Below are positions 50,201 to 62,029 of a stretch of 64,000 bases of DNA, one piece after another. The stretch spans positions 33,650,077-33,714,076 of the forward strand of contig JAUZTB010000063.1 of assembly GCA_034780895.1 (NCBI GenBank). The letters run 5' to 3'. Both the position numbers and the translations under genes were made by a program. Position 1 is the stretch's first letter. Every line of letters begins with the position of its first letter. The notes under the pieces were generated by a model. It was not told the origin of the DNA, searched no databases, and saw only the letters and a program-made list of their open reading frames with translations. This DNA comes from Rhynchobatus australiae. Lineage: Eukaryota.

Positions 50201-50931
50201 NNNNNNNNNNNNNNNNNNNNNNNNNNNNNNNNNNNNNNNNNNNNNNNNNNNNNNNNNNNNNNNNNNNNNNNNNNNNNNNNNNNNNNNNNNNNNNNNNNNN
50301 NNNNNNNNNNNNNNNNNNNNNNNNNNNNNNNNNNNNNNNNNNNNNNNNNNNNNNNNNNNNNNNNNNNNNNNNNNNNNNNNNNNNNNNNNNNNNNNNNNNN
50401 NNNNNNNNNNNNGGCCTAACATTTTCAGAGGTTCTTGTTACAGAGAGCACAGTGTTAAAAGGTTGAAGTTTGATTGACACTCAAGTGTCCTCTAAAGTAA
50501 AGAGCATCTTGGTTGTTTGAAGCCAGTGCAACAGTTGGCGTTGTGTAACCAGCATCACTGCATGCACTGGAGCAACTCGTAATGAAATATTTCAGGAAGG
50601 GACAGTGAGCACTATTATCAGAGATCAAACACTGCCAAAAAGTACGCCAGAGTCTGCACATTGGGGAAAGTAATAATGCATTAGTGATAACCTATCAAAG
50701 GATGTGGACAGCATATTGGAGATAAGAAATATGTAGGGATAAGTGGGAATATTGATAATATTTGTACATTGCAATCTGCTATTTTATGTTCTTATGCTTT
50801 AGAATTGTACAAGGAAATTCAAGAATGCCGTAATGCTTGTGAAAATGTACACATGAAAACCATACTAGGAACAGGAGAACTGGGATCATTGACAAACGTC
50901 TACAAAGCAAGTCTTGTGGCCATGATGGCAG
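37999..50931 (+). CDS. DERA: DERA deoxyribose-phosphate aldolase, 3' partial; exons 37999-38029, 44653-44750, (47388?)-47517, 48733-48828, 49492-49626, 50803-50931
   Basis: Peptides MAARNCGAPLDLGWISRVCVNQPAVLRRAEQ..KEWQ, LLKAVTCIDLTTLSGDDT, AVCVYPSRV, VATGFPAGQT, DGATEIDIVINR, HMKTILGTGELG..VYKASLVAMMAG. The GSDFIKTSTGK exon and later exons were not found in the window. Confidence 0.95.
38275..38370. repeat. G-rich tandem repeat in DERA intron 1, running into a gap
   Basis: Repeated 'ggggggagaggttggggagggggaggtgtggct'. Confidence 0.8.
38471..38585 (-). mobile_element. Penelope-like terminal repeat with hammerhead-like core
   Basis: Reverse strand CTGAGGA-AGGGTCCTGACCC-GAAACGTTGAC (38519-38550). 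Confidence 0.7.
38595..38850 (+). mobile_element. Tx1/L1-clade LINE ORF2 C-terminal zinc-finger fragment
   Basis: 'CGGEEAVTHLFADCGFAKRV' followed by 'INSVKDALWSAWNLLVFQ'. Confidence 0.75.
39645..40005 (+). mobile_element. V-SINE (CR1-like tail)
   Basis: Head 'gggggcacagtggagctgc...ggtttgatcc', V-core, tail 'ggactgaaatggcctcctgtg'. Confidence 0.8.
40006..40291 (-). mobile_element. V-SINE (alternative tail), tail-to-tail with the previous copy
   Basis: Reverse complement of the 13933/19287 family. Confidence 0.85.
40630..40852 (-). mobile_element. Short V-SINE with CR1 tail
   Basis: 'gtgggaggtaaccggagcacccggaggaaaccca' (reverse V-core); CpGs largely retained, so probably young. Confidence 0.8.
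40990..41385 (+). mobile_element. Deu-domain SINE (SacSINE1/AmnSINE1-like)
   Basis: 'ccccagtgtcc...aatatttatccctca..aacatcactga', tail 'tgtttcctacaatagtga...tttgggacatcttga'. Confidence 0.6.
41690..42170 (-). mobile_element. CR1/HER1 3' end
   Basis: 'FFFSTQKVVGAWNTQPAEVV...TFKRLLDRHM' plus tail. Confidence 0.9.
43845..44160 (+). mobile_element. RTE/BovB-like LINE 3' end
   Basis: 'RFKDDSTPP', 'SWEFLARDRSK', degraded C-terminal knuckle, and tail 'ggaagcaagtcattctcaataccaaggaactgcctaa'. Confidence 0.65.
44653..44750 (+). CDS. DERA: DERA exon 2 (DLGWISR...KEWQ)
   Basis: ttcag| ... CAG|gtacgt; 98 nt. Confidence 0.96.
45345..45510 (+). mobile_element. Truncated V-SINE
   Basis: Head 'gcagcacagtggcacag...ctccagtggcctgg' and partial V-core. 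Confidence 0.6.
47388..47517 (+). CDS. DERA: DERA exon 3 (5' boundary anomalous; homology starts at 47379)
   Basis: LLKAVTCIDLTTLSGDDTPSNVQRLCYKAKHPIREDLLKSLRMDDK; donor G|gtatgt. No AG at the expected 47368-47369; nearest in-frame AG is 47386-47387. Confidence 0.8.
48733..48828 (+). CDS. DERA: DERA exon 4 (GITTGAVCVYP...PVAS)
   Basis: tatag| ... G|gtatga; 96 nt. Confidence 0.96.
49492..49626 (+). CDS. DERA: DERA exon 5 (VATGFPAGQT...GQWE)
   Basis: aacag| ... G|gtaagg; 135 nt. Confidence 0.96.
50803..50931 (+). CDS. DERA: DERA exon 6 (ELYKEIQEC...AMMA)
   Basis: tttag| ... G|gtaaca; 129 nt. Confidence 0.96.
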
Positions 50932-50984
50932 GTAACATGGAATTCCATTCAATGGAATCGTATAGATGTTTATGTAAGTTCATT

Positions 50985-51360
50985 TGGTAGCACTCCTGCC
51001 TATGAATATGTAGATGGTGAGTTCAAACCCATTGTGTACGTAAGTACAATTGATGTTGGCAGTACTTACAGTTCCGTATAGAGGGAGGACTGTGTTTTTA
51101 ACAATTCAGATGAGAGTTCAATCTGGGACCAGTCTGTTAATTCCGGTCTTTATAGATGCTGTGGATTTAATTAGAAATAAGCAAAATATTTCCTCACCTT
51201 CCTGATCTACATCTTTCATCCAGCTAAAAGCACCAAAAACATTTAGATTTGTGTGATCTCTCTGTCTGCAAATTGCCTCTGTTAGATAGCATCATTCATG
51301 TAGCATTCAAGGAATTTTCAAACTAAATACATTTCATTCATTTTTTTTAAATGCAATTTT
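50985..51360 (+). mobile_element. Deu-domain SINE remnant
   Basis: Head 'ggtagcactcctgcctatgaat...gagttcaaaccc' and degraded core similar to the 40990 copy. Confidence 0.45.
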
Positions 51361-53329
51361 ACTATTTGGACAAAATTTCTTTAAGCATGTGACATTCTTC
51401 AAAAGAAAACAACTGTTGATATGCCGATGTGCTGTCACATATTAGCAAAACAGGATGACAGCCATAGTTACCGTTTTGCATCAAGTTCCACGTCTGAACC
51501 TTGCAGTGAAACAAAGTGCTTTTCTCCGACAAGTGAGAGGAAATCATCTGGCTGGTCCTGTAACTCCGAGCAGCTTGCTCATTCTGCATTGCCAGAGGCT
51601 CGGGAGGATTTCTCAAGTCCTTGACATTTTGCACGAAAAGGTGTGATTTAAATTAAAAAGGGGTGATAGGAAATTACAGAAATTTACATGAGCTGCTGGG
51701 TATAATGTTGTCATTAGAATGCTAGCTGAACCAGACAGTGAAGAAGAGCTCCAATGTGTCTTGCCGTACAGAAATAGAATCAGAGCAGAGAAGTAAACCA
51801 TTCAGACCATTGTGCCTCTTTGAAAATGGTATTCAATTCAACCCACTGCACCGCTGTTTCTCTTTAACCCTGCAATTTTTTTTCCTTTTCAACAATATAT
51901 GTAATTACCTTGTGAAGGTTACATTTGAATCTGCTTCCTTTACTGTTATAGGCAGTGCTTTATGAATAGATTCTCCCCATGTCCCATCTCTTCTTTCACC
52001 ATTTATCCTGTGCCCTCTGATTACTGATTCTCCTTCCAGTGGGAATAAGTTCTCTTATTTTCTCCAAAATAATTTTGAACACCTATTAAATTGCAACGAT
52101 GTGCAGTGAGTTTTCTGGATCTCCAGTTCATAGGAAAATGTCCATAACAAGGTGCCAGCTATTACAAAGAAGGGTGATAAACCTGAGGGAGAGTTGGCCA
52201 GTCCTCCATCAATGTATCTCCTGGCATAACTTTGGAAGTCCTAGCAACTCGCAAAACACACAAAATAGAAAAGCAAGGCTTCGTTAAAGAAGGGGAGAAA
52301 ATAAGAAATGTTCAAGCGAACTTCCGTGCACACATGCACAGTGTGCTGTAGAATTTGGAATTTTTGAACATAGTAGGAACACACTTGGCCCATTGCAACG
52401 GTACCAGTTCACTGAAGGACTTATCGACTTCGTATCCAGTCCCCCCTCTTCATCCATATCACTTTCTTAAGCTCTGTCTCTTTTAAATAATTGAGCGATC
52501 TGCTTCCACTGTTGTTCCCACCAATAGGAGGGAAGTAGTGACCCCTATTGAACAGTATGTAGAGTTGATCCAAACTGCTTGTAATATCGACATTCTGTTT
52601 GTGCCTTTGCTGTATTGAATATTTTGTGTCCTTTCTATTAAACTGATGCTTAAATATTAGCCACCTACTCACTTTACCTCACTTCATCCACTGCTGAAAC
52701 CACAGTAAATACGTCCTCAGAACTGGCTGATGAAATAAACTCTTACACTTATCCAAATTTCTGAACTACTCCCAGACTGACTGGACTCTCGATTCTGCTG
52801 GTGCTGATTTCCCAACACGTTAAATTGAAACTGAAGTAAACTTGTGTTGATGCTGAAATTCTGCAATTTAAAAATTGCTGCGAATGCAAACAATTAGTGA
52901 ACCAGTCAGCCATCATGGGGAGGGGAAGAGCTAGTGTTTTGGAGATCGGGAGATTTAATGGTGTACAAGCAAGGACAGGGGCTGGAAACTCTGTGTGGGA
53001 GTGTCAAGGATGAATTGAGATCTGCAACAGGTTAGAAGGCAAAAGTAATTTTTAAATCTGCTCGCCTTCTTAAATGTTATTTCTCCATGTACAGCCTCTC
53101 TCACCTCCTTTCTCTCTGCACCTAATGGATGGCACATCCTTCAGCTGCCTTAGTCTTATTGTCTCTGAGTGTAACAATGAAGCATGCTAGTTCATCAGGA
53201 AGGGACATTAAGACATAAGACTGTGCTCCCTTGGATTGTGTGCTTGGAAATGGACAGCAAAATAAGTGTTTGCATCCTGCAGTTGGACTTAGAGTAGGCC
53301 TTTACTATGGGGCTGCGCACAAACTTAAA

Positions 53330-54260
53330 CAGAATTTGAACATGTGATTAGAGGTAATGTACTTTTCCAGATTAAGAATTGTTTAACGGACAGAAAACTT
53401 AATGGGAACAAACTGATCACTTGTGGGTTGCCAAGTTAAAAATGGGGTGCCACAGGGATCAGTTGGGGTTCCAACTGTTCACAATCTTTATCAATGATTC
53501 AGATAAGGAGACCAAGTGTAATGTGTCCAAGTTTGCTAATAATTCCCATCGAGCCCCCCCCCATCTTTGCACTATGAGGAGGATGCAGAGGGTCTTCATA
53601 GTGATACAGACAGGCTAAGTGAATGGGCAAGAACGTGACAGATGGAATGTCATGTGGACAAATGTGAGGTCATCCATTTCATGGAAGAAAATAGAAAAAC
53701 AGTGCGTTTTTAAATGGTAGTCAACAGGAAGGTGTCATTCAAAGAGACCTGGGTGTCCTTGTACATGAATCATTGAAATTTACCATGAAACTACATCAAG
53801 CAGTTAGGAAGGTGATAGCATGTCAGCCTATATTGCAAGAGGATTTGATTACAAGATCTGAAGACGTCTTGCTTTAATTGTATGTGGCCTTGGTGATTCT
53901 GCATCTAGAGTATTGGGTATGTCTGTTCTGCCAACCCAAGGGAGGATGTAGATGATGGGAAAATGTCAAGCAAGTTCACCCGATTGATTCCTGGGAAAGG
54001 CTGATTGTGATTGTCATAATAGAAGGTACAAAACAGACTGGACCAATGCACTTGAGTACAGAAAAATGATAGGTAGCCTCATTCAAACATACAAAATGTT
54101 TTCCCTGGCTAGCATGTCTTGAACCAGGTGTCACAGTATCAAAAGAAAGGGCCAGCCATTCAGGACTAAGATAAGAGGGTGGTGAATATTTGGAATCCTC
54201 TACCCAAGGTGGCTGAGGAGTCTTAGCTGTGGAGTATATTCAGGACAAATTTGAGATTTT
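53330..54260 (+). mobile_element. CR1 RT / 3' fragment
   Basis: 'QLFTIFINDSDKETKCNVSKFAN' and 'agagacctgggtgtccttgtacatgaatc' (RDLGVLVHES). Confidence 0.85.
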
Positions 54261-54264
54261 AGGA

Positions 54265-54745
54265 AAAACAACACTGGAAGAACTCAGCAGCATCTGTGGA
54301 GGCAAAAGGTGTATGTCGATGTTTTGGGTTGAGAACCTGCATCGGGACTGAGACAGAAGAGGACAGATTACCAGCATATAACAGTAAGAGGGAGGAGTGA
54401 GACAGAGGCTGGTAGATGATGGGTGGGATGATAGACGATGGAACTAGGTGAGGGAGGGGATGGGAGAGGTGAACAGAGGGAGAACACCGGTGGACAGGTG
54501 AGTGTGTGTGAGAGGAGAGCACCAGGGGGTGTGGGTTCCCTGAAACTGAAAAATTCAGTGCTCATACCTTTGGGTTGTAATCTACTCAAATGGAATATGA
54601 GACTCTGTTCTTCCAATTTGCATTTGGCCTCTCTGTAGCAATGTAGGAGACCAAGGACAGACGGGTTAGTGTGGGAGTGGGAAGGAGAATTAAAGTGACA
54701 TGCAGCTGTAAGCTTGAGATGGCTGTTGCGGACAGAGTGCAGGTG
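54265..54745 (-). mobile_element. Penelope-like element 3' end (GIY-YIG C-terminus plus terminal repeat)
   Basis: 'EEQSLIFHLSRLQPKGMSTEF', then a pyrimidine-rich UTR and the terminal repeat. Confidence 0.8.
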
Positions 54746-55489
54746 AGATTTTAGGAAATGGGTTCAGTACAGGAAAATGATGTTGAGATATAAGATCAAA
54801 TTTGATTTTACGGAATAGCAGATTGGGCAAATGCTCTGTTCCCAGTTCTGCTTTCTGTTCTTGTGTATCCCTGCTGAGGAAGACCTGGTTTCTATTGTGT
54901 CGGTGGCCTAAATCAGCATCAGAGAGTTCTGCCGTGCTCTCTGTGTTCATGTTCCGCAATCTCCAAGCTCTTCTGCTGAGAAATCTGTCCCTGACCTGTG
55001 TTAGTGAAACATTGCCTATGCAGGCAATCCCCATACAAATAAATGAGAGACCTCTGCCTTTGGAAAAGTGTTAAATAATTTTTTTGAAGTTATTTTTAAT
55101 GACTGGTTTTTCAGTGGGAGGAAATATCTATTGGCTTTTTCAATTATATATTGTGTTTCTTTGAACATTTACGAAAGTTACATGTTCACAGGCATTTAAT
55201 GGCCTTAATCACACTGGCTTTGGCACTGTGTCCGGGACAGAGCCTCACCTGTTCTCACAGTGATGGCCAGTGCCCTGCTGGCTGTCTGCACTGAGACAGC
55301 CACCAAACTGCCTTAGTGCTGAATAGGTAACATGGCCCAGCGCTGGTGCCTTGTAATTTCAGGGCAATGGAATAGTTGTCTCATTTTCTGCTTTCTGTAA
55401 CTGAATTAACATTGTTCCCATTTCCCTATCACCCTGTTCTTGCTGAGCTAGATTAGCACCTATTTGAGCAAAACAATATTAAAATTTTG

Positions 55490-55820
55490 ATCTGTTTTCA
55501 GATCCCCACAACCCCCTCGCTGTTGTGATAATTATCTTCAGCCATACAACTGAGATTCCTCCAATTTTGGTCTCTTACGTTTTTATGACTGAATTCGCTT
55601 CACCATTGGCACCCGTGGCTTCAGCTGTGGAGGCCCTAAGCTCCAGAATTTCCTTGCTAAATCTCTCCATCTACTTTTCTTCCTTTTAAGGCACTCCTTT
55701 AAAACTAACCCTTTTGACAGTGCTCTTGGTTATCTATCCTGTGTCAATTCTGTTCGATGTATTCTTGTGAAATGCCTGTAAATAATTGTGACATTATTGG
55801 TAGTATATAAAAGCACATTG
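55490..55820 (+). mobile_element. L2-clade LINE 3' end
   Basis: 'TIGTRGFSCGGPKLQNFLAK' (G.RAFS..GP.LWN.LP) and 'FKALL*N*PF'. Confidence 0.6.
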
Positions 55821-56107
55821 TTATTTTAATGTCTTGCTATTGGAACATATTAAGAAGGCAAAATTCACTTTTTTCTTTAACTTAAGGTAGTTAAAAAGAT
55901 ATTTTTTATTTTCAGCCAAGAACAACCATGTGGTAGTATTAATTGAATCTACTTTTTTGTGAATTGTATATTTGCAGTTACTCCATATTACAGCAGGTGG
56001 CACTGTCTCTTATAATGACGGTAATTTGATGGAATGAAAGTGCTGCATAGTGGTCTGAAGCCTTCAACAACGAGTGAAGGATTCCATTGATTCTGTGCAA
56101 CATCTAT

Positions 56108-56745
56108 TTAGAACATAGAACAGTACAGCACAGGAACAGGCCCTTTGGCCCACAATGCTGTGCCAGACTAATTAAATTAGTAATCAACAGCCCAACTAAA
56201 CTAATCCCTTCTGCCTACACAATGTCCATATCCCTCCTTTTCCTGAACATTTCGTGTGCCTATCTAAGAGCCTCTTGAGCACCTCTATTGTATTTGCCTC
56301 CACCACTACCCCTGGCGGTGCGTTCCAGGTACCCACCACTCTGTGTAAAAACAAAACTTGCCCCGCACATCTCCTTTGAACTTCCCCCTCTCGCCTTGTA
56401 TGCATGCCCTCTTGTATTAGTCATTTCAACGCTGGGAAAAAGATATTGGCTGTCTACTCTATTTCTGCCTCTTGTAATCTTTTAAACCTCTATCAGATCT
56501 CCCCTCAGCCTCTGCTGCTGCAGAGAAAACAACCCAAGTTTGTCCAACCTCTCCTTATAGCACAGGTCCTCTAATCCAGGCAGCATCCTGTTAAACCTCT
56601 TCTGCACTCCCTCCAAAGCCTTCACATCCCTCCTGTAATGGGGCGACCAGAATTGAATGTGATAGACCAGATGCGGCCTAACTAGAGTTTTATAAAGCTG
56701 CAACATAACTTCTCAACTCTTGAACTCAGTTCTTCGACTAATAAA
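56108..56745 (-). mobile_element. CR1/HER1 3' end
   Basis: 'MLQLYKTLVRPHLVYHIQFWSPHYRRDVKALEGVQKRF...LGLFSLQQQRLRGDLIEV'. Confidence 0.92.
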
Positions 56746-56999
56746 GTCTATTTACTGTTTGATCACTTGACACTGTTGCCCATACTGCCTTTGTACCTTT
56801 ATCCATCAAACCAAAGGTACAGGGACATGATTTTGATCCCAGCTGCCTTTGAGCTCTTGCACTGTGCAAGACCTGTGTCAATGCAGCCTGGATGTTTTGA
56901 AGTGGTTATGATCTAAGTTAAAGCTGCAAAAACACACTTCAACTAGCTGCCAGCAGTAGCATTTCTTGTGGATCTGTTGGGTAGCTGATCTTATCAGAT

Positions 57000-57340
57000 T
57001 GTGCAAAACACATAGTTCATAAATGCAGCAGAATCGGTGTTAATATGTGCAGCTGTGGTCTGGATCGACATGGACTCGTCAGTTATCTTCCAGGAAGAAA
57101 AATATAGATCTTGCATTTGAGTGCAGGTTCAAGATTGTGCAGCACTATTTGAAAAAGATTGGGGAAGTCTGATTTTCTCAGTTCAGTGTTTATCCTTCAA
57201 TGTATATTTTTTTGGGATGTTGCTTTGTTAAAGTTAGCCACGATATTTGACTTTATAGCCGGTGACTGTACATAGCAGCAATTCATGGTCTGTCAAATGC
57301 TTAAGGACTTCCTAAGGGCAAGAAAATGCAAGATCCCTAT
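57000..57340 (+). mobile_element. Deu-domain SINE remnant
   Basis: 'gcactattttgaaaaag...tttatccttcaa', tail 'ggtctgtcaaatgcttaaggacttcctaagg'. Confidence 0.45.
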
Positions 57341-57912
57341 TTCCTACAAAAGGAGTCACCCAATCACTCCTGAACATGAAAAATCAAGCACCAGATTCTC
57401 TTCCACCCTTGTCATTGAGACATTCTGGACCCATTGTCATCCAGAAACCCTCTGGCAACTTTTCAATCCTTTTGTATGTGCTGGATCTGAGTTTCCAATG
57501 GAAAATTTGGCCAGTAATTTACTTAGTGCTGAAACTGTACAATCCATCTTTTCTTCCCCCAAGTGTTTTTAAAATTCTTGTCTGGTAATTTAATTTTACT
57601 TCATTATGTTCACTTTTGCTTGTCTGGAGCCCTTTTTTGCCATTTTCATGCACCCTGATGAGCTCAACAAATGAGCTTTATTTTGTGTGTGAAGTAAATG
57701 AATTGAAATAGAAATGATAAAGCTGTTGAGAATAAAAATAAAATTGTATTATAATTCGTCTGGAAGTTAAACCATTACTAAACAGACCACTTATCTCAGA
57801 TGGTGATGAATATAGATCTAGAAATTCTATTGAGTAGCGCATTGTATTTGTATGATTAGAATTAATCTAAAAGTCGATCTGGTTTGTTGTAGTGTGAAGG
57901 TTGTGTTGGTCT

Positions 57913-57988
57913 CCAAATTAATTTCTGGTCCTTGTGTATGATGCAAATGACCAAATTAATTTCTGATCCTTGTGTATGATACAAATGA
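57913..57988. repeat. 38-bp tandem duplication
   Basis: ccaaattaatttctg(g/a)tccttgtgtatgat(g/a)caaatga twice, 2 mismatches. Confidence 0.9.
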
Positions 57989-59244
57989 CAGTGGTGTCAG
58001 GCAGATGCACATCTTCAGACTATACGTCAAATTCATTTGTCTGTCTGATCTGTAAATGGCATGGCTACTCACAATGAACCAGGCCTACATACAACAAGGG
58101 GCCTGCTTCTGCACTACTGGAAGGGAGCTGGCTTACTCAGTCTGTTGATCCCTGGATCCTCTTGTAGTAAGTCCTTCTTAAGATGTTAACTTGCCCCTGA
58201 CACATTCCCATCTCTACTTACGGTTGGTGGCATTTTGGTTCCAACCACCAATCCCAAAACTGATTCTGTCTCCTTTTCCCCTCCCTCCAAAATCATCTCA
58301 ATCATCCCTCCATGCCTATCTCTCCCTTTTTGGCCCCACTCCTATTTCAGCAGCCCCAATAACCTATCCGTGTATTACTCCCCTTCCTTGTTTTGCAGTG
58401 ACTGGAGTGGTGTAGGAAAGACCTCCGTGCAAGTTCATGAGTATCAGGCCTTTCTGAACCACGTGGTTGATTTGAAGCATTGCTGCTGACGGGTGGAGGT
58501 TGTGGGGTGGGCTCAACCAAAGACACATTGCAGCAGCATTTACCTAACATGACTTTGGTGCAAAAGAGTTTCTAGGCTAGGTTATTTGTCTAAATTTTTA
58601 GGTTATGATCTAAGTATTCTTAGATGTATGTTCCACCTCTGAAAAATGTCTTTGGTTTGATGCATGTGTTTTGCAAGCAATACGTTGCTTGTGTTGATAG
58701 GATGATAATGCATTAAAATGTAAATGGACCTTTTGATGTACTATAGGTGATCTGGAGTGTATCTCTTACCCTTAAAGACATTATTTATCCCCCTTTGACC
58801 AACTCTATAATGTTTCCATCTGAATGGGCAAGGGATTTCACAGGTTTTTGCCCATTGCAAGATGTTTTCCTTAAAAGAGCCCCATGATATGCTAATGGTT
58901 TTTCCCATAATACAAGCTGAATGCGTTGTATCTACAGTGCATTCATACTGTTTGCTTCAGCCCAAATTCCTATGGATTAGTGTTTTCCATTGACATAGCA
59001 TTGTCCTTTATTCAACATTTGGGACATTTAAGATGCTTGAAGCTGTGTTTTGGGTTCAAACTTGTCTTTAGATCAATGTGGTCAAAAGCAGAAGGAGTTT
59101 GTTTGAACAGCGGGTTGTATCTCAGCCGGCTCAGCATCCATATTGTATAGGTCTAATAAAAGCAACGTGTGGACAGGTCATTCAATGTATATTAAGAAAA
59201 GAAAGCTGTTATCTTGGTATTACCCTTCTCCTGGACTAAAGGCT

Positions 59245-59560
59245 GAGAAACAATATCTTTTTCCCATTATTGAGCGATCCAATACCAGAGGGCATGCATT
59301 TAAGGTAAGAGAGGGTAGGTTCAGAACAGACATGAGGGGTAAGTTTTTTACTCAGAGTGGTGAATTCCTGGAATGCATTGCCTGATAGGGTGGTGGAGGC
59401 AAATTCATTGGGGGCTTTTAAGAGGGGCTTGGATTGGCACATGCATAAGAGGAAAATGGAGGAATATGGGCACATTCTGTAGGTCGGAGGGACTAGCTAT
59501 GTTGGCATAACGTTGTGGGCTGAAGGGCCTGTTCTGTGCTATACTGTTCTATGTTCTATG
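59245..59560 (+). mobile_element. CR1/HER1 3' end
   Basis: 'NTRGHAFKVREGRFRTDMRGKFFTQ', tail 'gggctgaagggcctgttctgtgc...(ttctatg)2'. Confidence 0.9.
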
Positions 59561-59744
59561 TAAGAAGCAAGAGAAATTGAAACAGTGACACAGAATTCAC
59601 ACATCAAAAGTTGATCTGTTTTCTCGATCTACTGAATAGTTTAAGGGTTTCTGGAAAAATGTAGGTTATTTGCAGTTTTTCTATTGTTACAAACTGTAGC
59701 TCCAGCATGGGTTTCCCACAACCATTCTTTTGTTTTAAGAGAAA

Positions 59745-60610
59745 TAAAGGACTGCAGATGCTGGAATCTAGACAAAAAAAAACAAGATGCTGGAGGAACT
59801 CAGCATCTGTGGAGTAAAGCAGATGGTCACCGTTTCGGGTCAGGACCCTTCTTCAGGACTGACAATAGGAAAAGGGGAAGCCCAATATATGGGGGGGGGG
59901 CGGGGAACAGAGCAGTGATGTGTTATGAACCAGCAACAAAAGAAACACACCGAGACATGTATAAGTGTTAAAAACTACTTTATTAATAACTACTTATNNN
60001 NNNNNNNNNNNNNNNNNNNNNNNNNNNNNNNNNNNNNNNNNNNNNNNNNNNNNNNNNNNNNNNNNNNNNNNNNNNNNNNNNNNNNNNNNNNNNNNNNNNN
60101 NNNNNNNNNNNNNNNNNNNNNNNNNNNNNNNNNNNNNNNNNNNNNNNNNNNNNNNNNNNNNNNNNNNNNNNNNNNNNNNNNNNNNNNNNNNNNNNNNNNN
60201 NNNNNNNNNNNNNNNNNNNNNNNNNNNNNNNNNNNNNNNNNNNNNNNNNNNNNNNGAAGTCCAAGCACAAACTGGAGGAACAGCACCTCATTTTCCATCT
60301 TGGGACCTTACAACCTATTGGCATGAATATGAATTCTTCCACTTTAAGTAACCAGATTTCAACTCCCCCACCACCATGCCACTTCTTTTCTTCCCTTTCT
60401 TAGCCTGTCTCTCTTCTCACCTATTTTTTCCCTCCCCTCGCCCCATGGGCCACCTGCCTGCATATCTTTTGACCCATCTCCTGGTGGATCTGCTCTCCCC
60501 TCTTCCCCTGTGCCTGCCTATTATTAAACCCGAAATATTGACTGTCTGCTTTTCTCCACAGATGTTGCTTGGCCTGCTGAGTTCCTCCAGCAGCTTGTTG
60601 TTTTTCCATC
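59745..60610. mobile_element. Penelope-like sequence with inverted terminal repeats and GIY-YIG tail; LTR inserted at 59921
   Basis: Left arm 59750-59920 is inverse to right arm 60530-60600; + strand 'KHKLEEQHLIFHLGTLQPIGMN' at 60262-60330. Confidence 0.75.
59921..59997 (-). mobile_element. LTR end (same family as 63391), running into a gap
   Basis: Near-identical to 63391-63467; begins TGTTA. Confidence 0.7.
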
Positions 60611-62029
60611 TTTTTTTTTAAAAAGATTTCCATTTCAGTGCTTCTGTGGAATTCCACAAGCTTGCCTTTGGGCAACTGGAAAAAAAACTTGTGTCATGGA
60701 TTCTTCAGACAACCATTCATGTTCCTAATTGGAAGTTCACCAGCCATGCATGCACACATACCTCAGTGCGAGCCACAGTATAGATGAGAGCTGTGTTACT
60801 GCACTCAGGATGGCTCAGATTATGTTCACTTGCTTCCTCATGTACATCTAATGGAGACAAAAATGTAATTTGCAATGGCTTAATAAACTAAAGCTAACCT
60901 GTTTTGTACCAGAGTGCAATAATCTCTCATTTTGCCTCTATAATACTTTGTTAAATCACTAAGCCAGTTGGCTTTAATTGTCTCCTGAATTATCTTGTAA
61001 TCAATTTTTACCATAAGGGATTAAAACCTATGATATTGAACTTGCTTCTGACATCTTTGAGTAATTCTTCCCCCTCCCAGTACTGCTTTCCCACCCACGC
61101 CTCAGGCTGCCCAGCACTGTTGAATAGGATATTTCTCTACTCTCCAGTTGCATGAGGACAGAATCACATTTTTTTAGAAATCAGTTATGAAAAGGAAAGC
61201 TCGTCCTCAAAGGGCTGCAGTATAATTTCTGTCATTTTATCATAATTGCAGATAAAGCCGATTATAACTAATTGCATACTGATCTACTTTGGAAATTAAT
61301 TTAACACTTTCTTCCAAATAATGGATTTCTTTTTTCATCTGTTCTTTTCTCGTTAAATAATTCGTGACTTAGAATTTTAAAATTAGAGTAATAATTTGAT
61401 ACATTAATCTTCAGAGTCAGTAATTTTATATCACTCTTCACAGTCTTTGGTTTGCAAATGAATTGTATTTTAATTCTTGAAAATGTATTTAAAAAGCATT
61501 AGCCATTACGTGATAATTAAGAAAGATGAGTACAAAGGAAATAACACATAGAACATTTCTTTAATGAACTGAAAAATGTTAATCTTGTCCTGTTTAGTGA
61601 TGAGGTGCAGAATTGCAGCTAAAACCCTTGGAGAATTGAAGCAAATGAATTTGGTAGTGGATGTAATTAAGACACATTGTGAAGCATTGAGAATAAGAAT
61701 GTTATCTATCTATTTCATCAGAAGCTGATTATTAAATGTCAAAAGAAAAAGTCTAGTTATGGGCTGTATTAAACAATCTTAAGATGAATTTGCCTATACT
61801 AAAATGAAGTAAAAAGCCCAGCTCAGGCCACACAATAAGTCATCCTATAATGTTCAGTTGCAGACCTCTACAAAAATGACAACACTTTTAATAGAAACTT
61901 TCACTTACAAATTGAAAAGTTGTTTGGATTCCACATAAGAAGGCGCAATGTATGCAGTTTTAATATTATGCAAATTGGTTTGAGTTCATTTTTCAATGAT
62001 TCTTAAAAGGATTCTTTCTCTATTTGCTG

